A stretch of DNA of 64,000 nt. Source: Flavobacteriales bacterium (lineage in GTDB: Bacteria > Bacteroidota > Bacteroidia > NS11-12g > UBA955). Numbering within the stretch: the stretch's first letter is position 1; each line of letters starts with the position of its first letter. The stretch is taken from the NCBI GenBank assembly GCA_947463125.1, contig CANHQZ010000006.1, forward strand, positions 5,243 to 69,242, given 5' to 3'. Below, piece by piece: positions 39,232 to 46,640 of this stretch. Position numbers and translations under genes: made by a program. The notes under the pieces were generated by a model that was given only the letters and a program-made list of their open reading frames with translations, made no database searches and was not told where the DNA came from.

Positions 39232-39263
39232 TTTGCAAGCTTGGGGTAAAGGTGTTATTTTTG
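39232..39263 (+). promoter_or_regulatory. Bacteroidota promoter (-33 TTTG / 20-nt spacer / -7 TAttTTTG) for tRNA-Phe
   Basis: TTTG at 39232-39235 and TATTTTTG at 39256-39263. The tRNA 5' end is 37 nt downstream. Confidence 0.5.
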
Positions 39264-39300
39264 CACCCTCGTTTGGAAGATTCGTCTTCCGAAATGGTCT

Positions 39301-39376
39301 GGTTCGGTAGCTCAGTTGGTAGAGCAAAGGACTGAAAATCCTTGTGTCGACGGTTCGATTCCGCCCCGAACCACCA
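39301..39376 (+). tRNA. tRNA-Phe (anticodon GAA), CCA encoded
   Basis: Manual cloverleaf. Acceptor GGTTCGG/CCGAACC is 7/7 paired. D arm GCTC-AGTTGGTA-GAGC. Anticodon arm AAGGA-CTGAAAA-TCCTT. 5-nt variable loop. T arm GACGG-TTCGATT-CCGCC has one A50:C64 mismatch. Discriminator A plus CCA. Confidence 0.9.
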
Positions 39377-39385
39377 GAATAGAAA

Positions 39386-39411
39386 AGCCCTTCGAAAGAG
39401 GGGCTTTTTTT
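39386..39411 (+). terminator. Rho-independent terminator after tRNA-Phe
   Basis: aAGCCCttcgaaagagGGGCTttttttt. Confidence 0.7.
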
Positions 39412-39530
39412 ATGGGAGATTTTTAGTTCCTGAAAGTAGTTCAGCCACGACAAATATTACCCCTGCAGTGCGCGATTAGATTGTCGAGGGTGCGCATGTG
39501 ACTATGCGGTGAGCCGCGCAAGTCACACGG

Positions 39531-39591
39531 GATTGGTTAACGCAAAGGGCAAAAAATCTATGTGTCGTCGGTTCGATTCCGTCCGAGAGCC
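39531..39591 (+). pseudogene. Degenerate tRNA-Phe-like remnant (D-loop to 3' acceptor; non-functional)
   Basis: Aligns by eye with tRNA-Phe positions 13-73 and shares an identical 13-nt block cggttcgattccg. The anticodon loop is mutated (caaaaaa versus ctgaaaa), the anticodon stem no longer pairs, and no complementary 5' acceptor strand is present. Confidence 0.5.
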
Positions 39592-39600
39592 TTAACAGAA

Positions 39601-40083
39601 TTACACACTCGGAAACTTCGGATACGGAATAAATCCTGCGGCAATATTGATAAGGGCCGGGGCAATCACAAAAGCCAGCACAATAATAATGATGGCATGG
39701 GTCCAGGCCAGCTCTACATTATTTTTGGTTAATTCCACATCTTCGTTTTCATGGGTAAGCATACCCACCACCAAGTAACTCAATCTGAAAAAGATGAGCG
39801 AAAAAACCCACATGCCGGCAAAGTAGCCCACGGCATAGGTGATGGCACTGGAAAGCTGGTTGTTCGAAATGAAGAATGTGAATGCCTGGTTCGTTAGATC
39901 GGCCACATGGTATAGGTTTATTCCTGCCATAAGCAGGGAAGAAACAAACACAATCAGCACCGCCTGATTTTTGGTAGGACTCGAGAATTTGGCGAAAAAG
40001 CGCTGTTGCAGTTTGGTAAATCCGAACATGTATCCGATTCCCAAAATCATCAGCACCAGTAGGTTCATTAATCCTGTATTCAT
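39601..40083 (-). CDS. Small polytopic membrane protein, DUF350-like (operon gene 7)
   Basis: 160 aa with 4 hydrophobic helices. LTHENEDVELTKNNVELAWTHA resembles the DUF350 (E. coli YjfL-type) core as I recall it. Not verified. Confidence 0.55.
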   Translation of the reverse strand: MNTGLMNLLVLMILGIGYMFGFTKLQQRFFAKFSSPTKNQAVLIVFVSSLLMAGINLYHVADLTNQAFTFFISNNQLSSAITYAVGYFAGMWVFSLIFFRLSYLVVGMLTHENEDVELTKNNVELAWTHAIIIIVLAFVIAPALINIAAGFIPYPKFPSV

Positions 40084-40099
40084 AGTTGTTGTATTATTT

Positions 40100-41008
40100 T
40101 TATCTGATAGGTACTACTTCCCAGTTTTTAAACATTTTCCAAACCGGAGCGCCCAGTTCGGCAACATTGTTGCGCTGAGTGCATTCCCAGGCATAATAGC
40201 GTTTTCCGCTGCGCATATCCCTTACAGAAAGGTCTCTGTAGGGCGGGTTGGGAACACATACGCCCAGCATGGCATGGTGCCCGGCCTCTACCTGCCCCAT
40301 CAGCATTTCTGCATCAAATCCCATGTTCAGATATTTGAGGATGGCCATGGCAAAAAGGGCTTTGGTATCGCAGTCGCCGGCCCCGTTAACTGCATATTCC
40401 AAAGGGGAATACACAGCAAATGGTTCCACATTGTCGCAACAGCCGTAGGGATATGGTTTTGGCTTGCAATCCTGTGGTGGTCTGCCTCCGCTGCCGCAGG
40501 GTTCCTGGCCCCAGGTAATGTAAGTGTAATTGAAATTCTGTGCGCTTGAAACCACCATTTGCATGGCTTGCCGGTAATCCAGTTTTTGCTCTTCAATGAT
40601 GTTGCGGTATCCCTCCACCATGTCTTTAAGGCCGGCCCTGTCATGCCTGAACATACCCGCCCAGCAATTAGGATCCGGTGACTGTTTCAAACGGTTTTCA
40701 CGAGCCGATTTATAGGCTTTTTTGGGAACGGTAAACTCGAGTGTATAGGTTTTGCCGTCAAAGGATTCCCATTTCCAGGTTCTTTTAATGGTGCCGCCTG
40801 TGTCCTTGTCCTGCCCATTGTCATCCTGTTCTTCCGCTTCCTGTCGGGCAATTTTATTCAAAGAGTCTTCTTCCAGATGTCGGCGGGTGAGTTCGTTTTC
40901 ATTAAACAACCCCAAATCCGATTTCAGGAAAGACAATACAATCAGCAAAACAATCAGCGCCCAAAACAACAGTTGGGAAACATTGAAATATTTCTTTTCG
41001 CGGGTCAT
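40100..41008 (-). CDS. Membrane-anchored transglutaminase-like (papain-fold Cys-His-Glu) protein (operon gene 6)
   Basis: N-terminal TM VSQLLFWALIVLLIVLSFL. C-terminal blocks GAGDCDTKALFAMAILKY, GHHAMLGV and YYAWECT parallel the transglutaminase-core pattern G-x-C-x-x-fA / HAW-x-ev / W-x-x-DpT. Paralog of 44918-45940. Confidence 0.6.
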   Translation of the reverse strand: MTREKKYFNVSQLLFWALIVLLIVLSFLKSDLGLFNENELTRRHLEEDSLNKIARQEAEEQDDNGQDKDTGGTIKRTWKWESFDGKTYTLEFTVPKKAYKSARENRLKQSPDPNCWAGMFRHDRAGLKDMVEGYRNIIEEQKLDYRQAMQMVVSSAQNFNYTYITWGQEPCGSGGRPPQDCKPKPYPYGCCDNVEPFAVYSPLEYAVNGAGDCDTKALFAMAILKYLNMGFDAEMLMGQVEAGHHAMLGVCVPNPPYRDLSVRDMRSGKRYYAWECTQRNNVAELGAPVWKMFKNWEVVPIR

Positions 41009-41943
41009 TTTTGCTCTGTCACAATTTGCCGACGGGCTTCATTTGAATATTTGTTGAAATACAATTTCATGTCTTTAATTTCCGTAAAAATAACATGACA
41101 GTATTTCTGCGTAATCAAATAATGATAGGTGGTTTTGTTGATTTCATGGAGTGCAAGTTCCTGCACATACGCGCCGTGTCTAACCTCCTGGGAGCGGTAT
41201 ATAATCAACAGGGGAATCATATAAATGGCCAGTACCATGATGTCCATCCACAACTTCCAGTTGCCCAGCCCCGAGGCCAGCGCATCAAAGGTGAGCAGCA
41301 AAGAATTTGCGTTGACCAAAATAAAAGGCTCATCAGGGTCGGGGGTTAGAATGTACTTGTAGGTCCAGTCTTCCGGCGGAAGTACCTGTTTCAGGTCGGC
41401 CAGTGCCATGTTGATTTGCTGGCTGAACATCAGTGTTTCCAGTCCGTTGGCAAATATTACGGCGAGCAGTGCCATCACAAATACCCGCACGGCAATGGTG
41501 AACAGGTTGCGCGGGGCATTGGGATTTACATCGATTTTGCTGCGCAATTTGTCTTTGGCGGTAACCGCCCAGCCTTTCAAAACCTCATCTGCATGCTGAT
41601 AAGCGGTTCCATCAAGCGCATACAAATTATGTTCACGGTAGTGGTTTTCATGTTTGGTGTGATAATGCGCAAGGGTACTGCCTTTCAGATCCAGGCCTGT
41701 CATTAGAAACAACCTGTACAGATTAAAAACAACTGCCCCGATAAATAGGCCTACCCCGATGGCAATAAGCCAGCTGTGGAAGAGTATGAGTGCATAGACG
41801 GTGGCTGAAACTGCGCTGATGAGACCAACAACCAACAGCATAAGCGAAATACCATTGAAAATGAATATCTGCCGCTTAACCACATCTGCAGGCAATTTCT
41901 GCATGATATCGCTGTCTATTCCTATTTGGTCGCTTAGCCGCAT
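41005..41943 (-). CDS. Polytopic membrane protein, divergent DUF4407-like paralog lacking the coiled coil (operon gene 5)
   Basis: GAVVFNLYRLFLMT and FANGLETLMFSQQIN align with IIFNLDRFIVSS and ISAPLEVYIFQKEID of the 42944-44119 product. About 5 hydrophobic helices. The stop overlaps the next start by 4 nt (ATGA). Confidence 0.55.
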   Translation of the reverse strand: MRLSDQIGIDSDIMQKLPADVVKRQIFIFNGISLMLLVVGLISAVSATVYALILFHSWLIAIGVGLFIGAVVFNLYRLFLMTGLDLKGSTLAHYHTKHENHYREHNLYALDGTAYQHADEVLKGWAVTAKDKLRSKIDVNPNAPRNLFTIAVRVFVMALLAVIFANGLETLMFSQQINMALADLKQVLPPEDWTYKYILTPDPDEPFILVNANSLLLTFDALASGLGNWKLWMDIMVLAIYMIPLLIIYRSQEVRHGAYVQELALHEINKTTYHYLITQKYCHVIFTEIKDMKLYFNKYSNEARRQIVTEQK

Positions 41944-41958
41944 TTTTTTATTTCAACA

Positions 41959-42930
41959 TTATTGCTGTGGGCAAAACAGGGTGTACTTCCATTTGGTATC
42001 GCTGCTGCCGCCGGTCACCCGCACTTCACAGTAGTCGTCTTTGTTGTACTGAAAGTCAAAAGAGATGGCTCCGCAGCATTTGGCGGCATTTTTCCCGCCT
42101 ACAAAACCGTTGACATTGCCTTGCACCTGTTTGGTTGATGCCACCAGGTTGCCTTCATAGAATACTTCCAGTTTATCGGGCACACTTTCCATGTCGTATT
42201 GTATCACAACCCTTCCGGACTGATTGCCGAGTATGTGCTTTTTCTCGGTAATACCGCGCCCCCCGGATTTGGCTGCCTGGCTGCATCCCATGGTGTTGTC
42301 GCCGTTTAGGCTGTCAATTTGCTTGCGCAACCGTGCCAGTTCTTCCTGACAATCCTTGCAATTGTTCAGTCCCAGATTACAGCCGCTGGGATTGCAGTTT
42401 CGGAGTAAAAGCAACAGCAACAGCAGCAAAAGCAACCATTTCAGAATATCCCATAATTTAGACAAACAGCCCTTGAATTGAGGGAATATGGGCGGTCTGT
42501 CGGGATTGGGCGGTTCCGGTGCAGGTGGTGGTGTTGGGTCAGGGGCATTGGAAGGTACCTTGATTTTTCCTAAAAAAGTGCCTTCCACAATGCCGTAGGT
42601 TTTTCCGTCAATTTCCCATGAATCCTTTACCCGTGCGTCTTTTATGATAACCTGTTCGAAATCGTAAACGATTTTTTCCTGTATATACTGCTTGTTGCCC
42701 GGATGCAGCTGAATGTTGGTAACGTTATACAGGTACAGGGCATCGCGGTTCAGGTGGTCTTCCGGCTTGAATTCTTTCAGCGGAACGATGTCGTGTAATT
42801 CCCCGCGGTACAGGCGCACATGGTGTTTATCGGGGCCCGGCATGGGCTGTCCGTCCACCAGGGTGCTGCCCTGATCGGTAAAGTAATTACCACTGAAGGT
42901 GCCCTGAACAAAAAGAAATGGAAGCGACAT
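41959..42930 (-). CDS. Bitopic orphan protein: N-domain / Pro-rich linker / poly-Leu TM / Cys-rich beta-domain (operon gene 4)
   Basis: 323 aa. PDPTPPPAPEPPNPDRPP, then LKWLLLLLLLLLLLRN, then NCNPSGCNLGLNNCKDCQEELARLRKQIDSL, and a C-terminal beta-rich domain with 4 more Cys. No family recognised. Confidence 0.55.
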   Translation of the reverse strand: MSLPFLFVQGTFSGNYFTDQGSTLVDGQPMPGPDKHHVRLYRGELHDIVPLKEFKPEDHLNRDALYLYNVTNIQLHPGNKQYIQEKIVYDFEQVIIKDARVKDSWEIDGKTYGIVEGTFLGKIKVPSNAPDPTPPPAPEPPNPDRPPIFPQFKGCLSKLWDILKWLLLLLLLLLLLRNCNPSGCNLGLNNCKDCQEELARLRKQIDSLNGDNTMGCSQAAKSGGRGITEKKHILGNQSGRVVIQYDMESVPDKLEVFYEGNLVASTKQVQGNVNGFVGGKNAAKCCGAISFDFQYNKDDYCEVRVTGGSSDTKWKYTLFCPQQ

Positions 42931-42943
42931 GCAGCCGATTTAC

Positions 42944-44119
42944 TTATGCTTGGTTATCGGGTTTTACGAAAGAGGCCGGGTCTTTCTGAATATCATCTTT
43001 TTCCTGTTTGGCAAACAGGGTAATGGCTTCTTTGGCATTTTCCTCTTCCTTCGCATTCTGGTGTTCCACAATGGCAATAATGCGTTTGGGGTTGTAGAAG
43101 CCTTTCATGGTGTGCAGCTTGTTATTTTCGTCGATGATATGCTCGCGGTTGATGCCCTGCTTGGTTTCCAGAATCTGGTTCACGTTTTCACTCATATAGT
43201 CATAGGGCGATTTGATGAGCATCAGTTTCAGCAGCACCGGTGCAATTTCAATAAACACAAACATCAGGCGAATCATCCATGCAGGGACGGAGGATCCGGG
43301 AATGGCATGGAGGGCCAACAACCTGTCCAGCAAACCATGTGAAGAGTTATTAACGTTGCTGAGTTCTTTGATTTTGGCTGTTTTTTCATCATCATATACC
43401 TGCAGTTTCTTATCAAGGTCAGCGATTTTATTTTTCCGTTCATCTATCCTGCCCATTACTTCCGTGGCCATACGCTTGAATTCCTCGCATTTGGGTCCAC
43501 ATCCGCCAAATTCTGTGGCGTTTTCTTTGGCAGCACGCTTTTGATAATCTTCCCTCTCTTTTTCAAGGTTTCTAATTTCTTCTTCCAGCAAAGCCTTGTC
43601 TTTATTGAGTTTATTGAATTCCGGTGATTTGGTATAAATATCTTCAATTTTCTTAATCTCGGCTTTTTGTTCTTCCTGGTCCAGTTTGTAAAACTGCTTG
43701 TCAATTTCTTTTTGAAAAATATAAACCTCAAGGGGTGCTGATATGGTAAAGCCCAATATCATGGCCATGGCCAGACGCGGGGTAGCATTGCCCAGTTCTT
43801 TGAGGGTGATGGTGTCTGTTCCATCGCCTTTGCCGGTGCTTGACACGATAAAGCGGTCCAGGTTAAAAATAATGGCGCCCCACAGCAATCCTACGGGAAT
43901 GGCAATGGCCACATTTTCAAAGATGTAGTTGATGGCAAAAAACATGGAAAGGCTGGCCAGAATCCCCGTGGCCAGCACGATGCCTCCAATACCTACGTAC
44001 TTTACATGATCGGCATAACTCGAATATTTTAAAATATCCTTGTCTGCACCGGCGCACCACCACAAAAATCGGGTGGCCCCTTTTGCCGGTTTGGCTGAAT
44101 AGTCTACATGTTCATTCAT
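42944..44119 (-). CDS. DUF4407-like membrane protein with long central coiled coil (operon gene 3)
   Basis: FLWWCAGADKDILKY...GIGGIVLATGILA...LLWGAIIFNLDRFIV matches my recollection of the DUF4407 N-terminal consensus. About 130 aa of Lys/Glu heptad-like sequence (EEQKAEIKKIEDIY...LEEEIRNLEKEREDYQKR) follows, then another TM (MIRLMFVFIEIAPVLLKLMLI). Confidence 0.6.
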   Translation of the reverse strand: MNEHVDYSAKPAKGATRFLWWCAGADKDILKYSSYADHVKYVGIGGIVLATGILASLSMFFAINYIFENVAIAIPVGLLWGAIIFNLDRFIVSSTGKGDGTDTITLKELGNATPRLAMAMILGFTISAPLEVYIFQKEIDKQFYKLDQEEQKAEIKKIEDIYTKSPEFNKLNKDKALLEEEIRNLEKEREDYQKRAAKENATEFGGCGPKCEEFKRMATEVMGRIDERKNKIADLDKKLQVYDDEKTAKIKELSNVNNSSHGLLDRLLALHAIPGSSVPAWMIRLMFVFIEIAPVLLKLMLIKSPYDYMSENVNQILETKQGINREHIIDENNKLHTMKGFYNPKRIIAIVEHQNAKEEENAKEAITLFAKQEKDDIQKDPASFVKPDNQA

Positions 44120-44135
44120 GATGTATAATTATTTT

Positions 44136-44918
44136 TTATTGTTTGATTGTGTTGGAATAGTCGGTTTCGTTTTCGTTAAAGAAATGTTTGATAGCATTGT
44201 ATTTGGTGGTGCTGTAGTTGTATACAGCGAGTATCCGTCTCTTGTCCAGTGCGGTATGCAATTCACGTCTTTTATCGTTGCGCAGTGCCACCGGCTCCGG
44301 GTTTAGGTGGCTGACATTCGGTCCGATGAGGGAATTCCTGCTGCCAACGATGGGTTGGTCTTTGGTGAAACGCCTGTTTTGTGGCAGCGATTCAGTTAAG
44401 GGCTCCGTGGCCAGTGTCCTGTTGTTTCCGGTGGTGACCAGATCTCCCAGCGGTGCCACATCCAGGTGGTACAAGTCACGGTCCGGGATGCGTATGCCAG
44501 CAGTTACGGTTTTGCCGTTAAATCCTGTGGCGGTAAGGGTATATTGCGGCTGTGAAGCGTCAATGATAACAGTGGCAGCATTTCCGTTCAGTGACTTTCC
44601 AACCGGATGAATGTCAATGTTTTTTGCCCCTGTTACTTTCCATATTAAGGTTGCAGCGCAACCATCAATAAATATGCCTTCACCGGCAACCTCAGCATAT
44701 AGTTCGGCTCCCTGCCGGTCTTTGCCTACATACACATGCGGCGAGGATTCCAATTCAAAGAATTCAATTTGCAACGGCTGGGGTTTCATCAAATGCAGAA
44801 TGTATCTTTTAATGAATGATGCATAGGGAATAATGATCATGCAGGCAGCCACCAGCAGAAAAAGCAGCAGTTGTGTGCTTTTATCGAGTTCGCTGAGCCA
44901 TTCAAAAAAACTATACAT
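44136..44918 (-). CDS. Single-pass orphan membrane protein with beta-rich ectodomain (operon gene 2)
   Basis: TM TQLLLFLLVAACMIIIPYASFI followed by a Thr/Gly/Val-rich, Ig-like-looking region (TLIWKVTGAKNIDIHP...YTLTATGFNGKTVTAGIRI). The start ATG shares 1 nt with the upstream stop (TAATG). Confidence 0.55.
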   Translation of the reverse strand: MYSFFEWLSELDKSTQLLLFLLVAACMIIIPYASFIKRYILHLMKPQPLQIEFFELESSPHVYVGKDRQGAELYAEVAGEGIFIDGCAATLIWKVTGAKNIDIHPVGKSLNGNAATVIIDASQPQYTLTATGFNGKTVTAGIRIPDRDLYHLDVAPLGDLVTTGNNRTLATEPLTESLPQNRRFTKDQPIVGSRNSLIGPNVSHLNPEPVALRNDKRRELHTALDKRRILAVYNYSTTKYNAIKHFFNENETDYSNTIKQ

Positions 44919-45940
44919 TATACCAGTGGTCTAATCTCTGTTAATTGAAAAGAAACCCAGTCAAAACTGCCGATGGCGCTGGGTGCGGTGGTTTCAAGCA
45001 GAAGGTAAGATTTGCCGTTGTGAAGGATGCTTTCTCCTGAAATTTGTAGGTCAGATACGGCCGCCATGGCATGGGCACCATTGCTTCTGCTGTGAGAAGA
45101 CTTTACCGTACAGCGCACAATGACAATGTTTTCCTTGGGTATGAGGTGGGAGAGGATGGATGCAAAAAACAGCGATTTGCTGTCGCAATCGGCATAACCC
45201 AATACAAAGCTTTCGGGCGGAAGGCTCAGTCCGTAATAATACCATTCTTCGGAATCGAAGTTGGGCTGACCGTAGGGAATAAATTGTATAAAATTCAGCG
45301 CGGCCTGCACCCGGTTAAAATAGTTGTCTTTGTTGTGTGCCGATAATTGTTCTTTCAGGTCTGCGGCAATTTTGCCTGTGAGCGAATCGTACTGATGGAT
45401 TAACTGATGATAAGCTACCCCAAAATTGTTTTCATCCTCATAAAACCACCCGTTGCTGTTAAAATGAAGCTGTATTTGTGCCGATGTAACATTGGGGGCT
45501 ATTCGAAATCCATCAGGCGATACTTCCACTACACTGCGCGACATTCCAAACGTGTCAGCCTGCCGCGATGTTTCTACCGGTTCCATTACAATGTGAGACC
45601 GTCCCCTGATTTTTTGAATCAGAGGATATTCATACACAAAGGAAGCACTGTTGCCTTCCAGGGTGCCTTTGATAAAATGCTGGTAGGACCCATATTCCAC
45701 CGGAGGCCTGCGGTATTCCTTTGTTTTGGTTTTGTGCTGGGTCAGAAATTCAATGAGGGTTAAATGTTTGTCCGGAAGATATTCTGAAGCACCTCCTGAT
45801 TTGTATTGCATTTCAAAGCCAGCCAGGTAGAAAACCAGAAATAGGCAGAGCAGAGGAATGACATACAAGCTGGCCATGAATTGAGATAGAGGGTAGTAAG
45901 GTTGGCAATAATATTCAATAACTTCCGTAAATGAAAACAA
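44918..45940 (-). CDS. Membrane-anchored transglutaminase-like (Cys-His-Glu) protein (operon gene 1)
   Basis: TM ASLYVIPLLCLFLVFYLAGF. Blocks GYADCDSKSLFFASILSHL, GAHAMAAV and YLLLETT are paralogous to 40100-41008. The track start is TTG 45940. ATG 45877 (MASLYVIPLL...) is an equally plausible start. Confidence 0.6.
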   Translation of the reverse strand: MFSFTEVIEYYCQPYYPLSQFMASLYVIPLLCLFLVFYLAGFEMQYKSGGASEYLPDKHLTLIEFLTQHKTKTKEYRRPPVEYGSYQHFIKGTLEGNSASFVYEYPLIQKIRGRSHIVMEPVETSRQADTFGMSRSVVEVSPDGFRIAPNVTSAQIQLHFNSNGWFYEDENNFGVAYHQLIHQYDSLTGKIAADLKEQLSAHNKDNYFNRVQAALNFIQFIPYGQPNFDSEEWYYYGLSLPPESFVLGYADCDSKSLFFASILSHLIPKENIVIVRCTVKSSHSRSNGAHAMAAVSDLQISGESILHNGKSYLLLETTAPSAIGSFDWVSFQLTEIRPLV

Positions 45941-46042
45941 AAAGTACTATTTAATTCATTATACTGTTTTTTGAAGTTTTTATTTATAAAATATATTCTA
46001 TTTTTTAATATTTAAATATTTAATTTATTGCATTTCTGACTT

Positions 46043-46594
46043 TCAATTTATGATTTTACAGTTATCCGTTTTTAACATTTCATGAAGTTGAACGGCTGTA
46101 AATTGCAATAAATCCCCCTTCAGTGTTTCCCTTTTCTGCTTCGCATTTTCCCTAAGCCATTTCCCCTCACAAAACCTCCTTAGTTCAGTCTCATTTTGCA
46201 ATAGCAGTCCCGGAACCTCTTTTAAACTACCATCGTCGTTTTTGGCTACCATGGTGAAATAGCAGGAGTTGGTGTGTGTGGATTGACTGGTGCGGGGATT
46301 GAAGGCTTCCACCCGCATTCCGATAATCATGCTGGTTTTGCCAACATAGTTTACAGAAGCTTTCACGGTAACCAAATCTCCAACCTCCACCGGTGAGAGA
46401 AATTCCACACCCTCCACTGCCACCGTAACCACATAGCTTCCGCTGTGTTTTGTAGCACACACATAGGCAACTTTATCCATGATGGATAACAAAACACCTC
46501 CGTGCACTTTTCCTCCGAAATTAGCATAGGAGGGAATCATAAGTTCTGTATAGATGGTTTCAGATTCCTGAATACTTTTCATTTTAACAAACAT
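46043..46594 (-). CDS. Acyl-CoA thioesterase (hotdog fold)
   Basis: ELMIPSYANFGGKVHGGVLLSIMDKVAYVCA and VTVAVEGVEFLSPVEVGDLVTVKASVNYVGKTSM are typical of YciA/Acot-type thioesterases. Confidence 0.8.
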   Translation of the reverse strand: MFVKMKSIQESETIYTELMIPSYANFGGKVHGGVLLSIMDKVAYVCATKHSGSYVVTVAVEGVEFLSPVEVGDLVTVKASVNYVGKTSMIIGMRVEAFNPRTSQSTHTNSCYFTMVAKNDDGSLKEVPGLLLQNETELRRFCEGKWLRENAKQKRETLKGDLLQFTAVQLHEMLKTDNCKIIN

Positions 46595-46640
46595 AGCATA
46601 AAATGAACATATATAGCGGACATGTTTTTCTTATATTCGC

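Noticed and set aside
39115-39453. 112-aa minus-strand ORF
   Set aside because: It spans the amylase 3' end, the tRNA-Phe gene and its terminator. It is explained by those features.
39440-39600. Considered a tmRNA (ssrA) or an intron-containing or long-arm tRNA because of the TPsiC-like GGTTCGATTCC and the nested hairpin at 39499-39527
   Set aside because: There is no GGGG...5' acceptor partner, no CCA or complementary acceptor strand, and no tag-peptide ORF or pseudoknot-sized body. The region aligns best as a decayed copy of the adjacent tRNA-Phe.
42411-42437. CAG/CAA-type triplet run considered as a phase-variation switch
   Set aside because: It is imperfect and in frame. Length changes would only add or remove Leu residues, so it is not an on/off switch. 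It is kept only as a minor note under the gene-4 finding.
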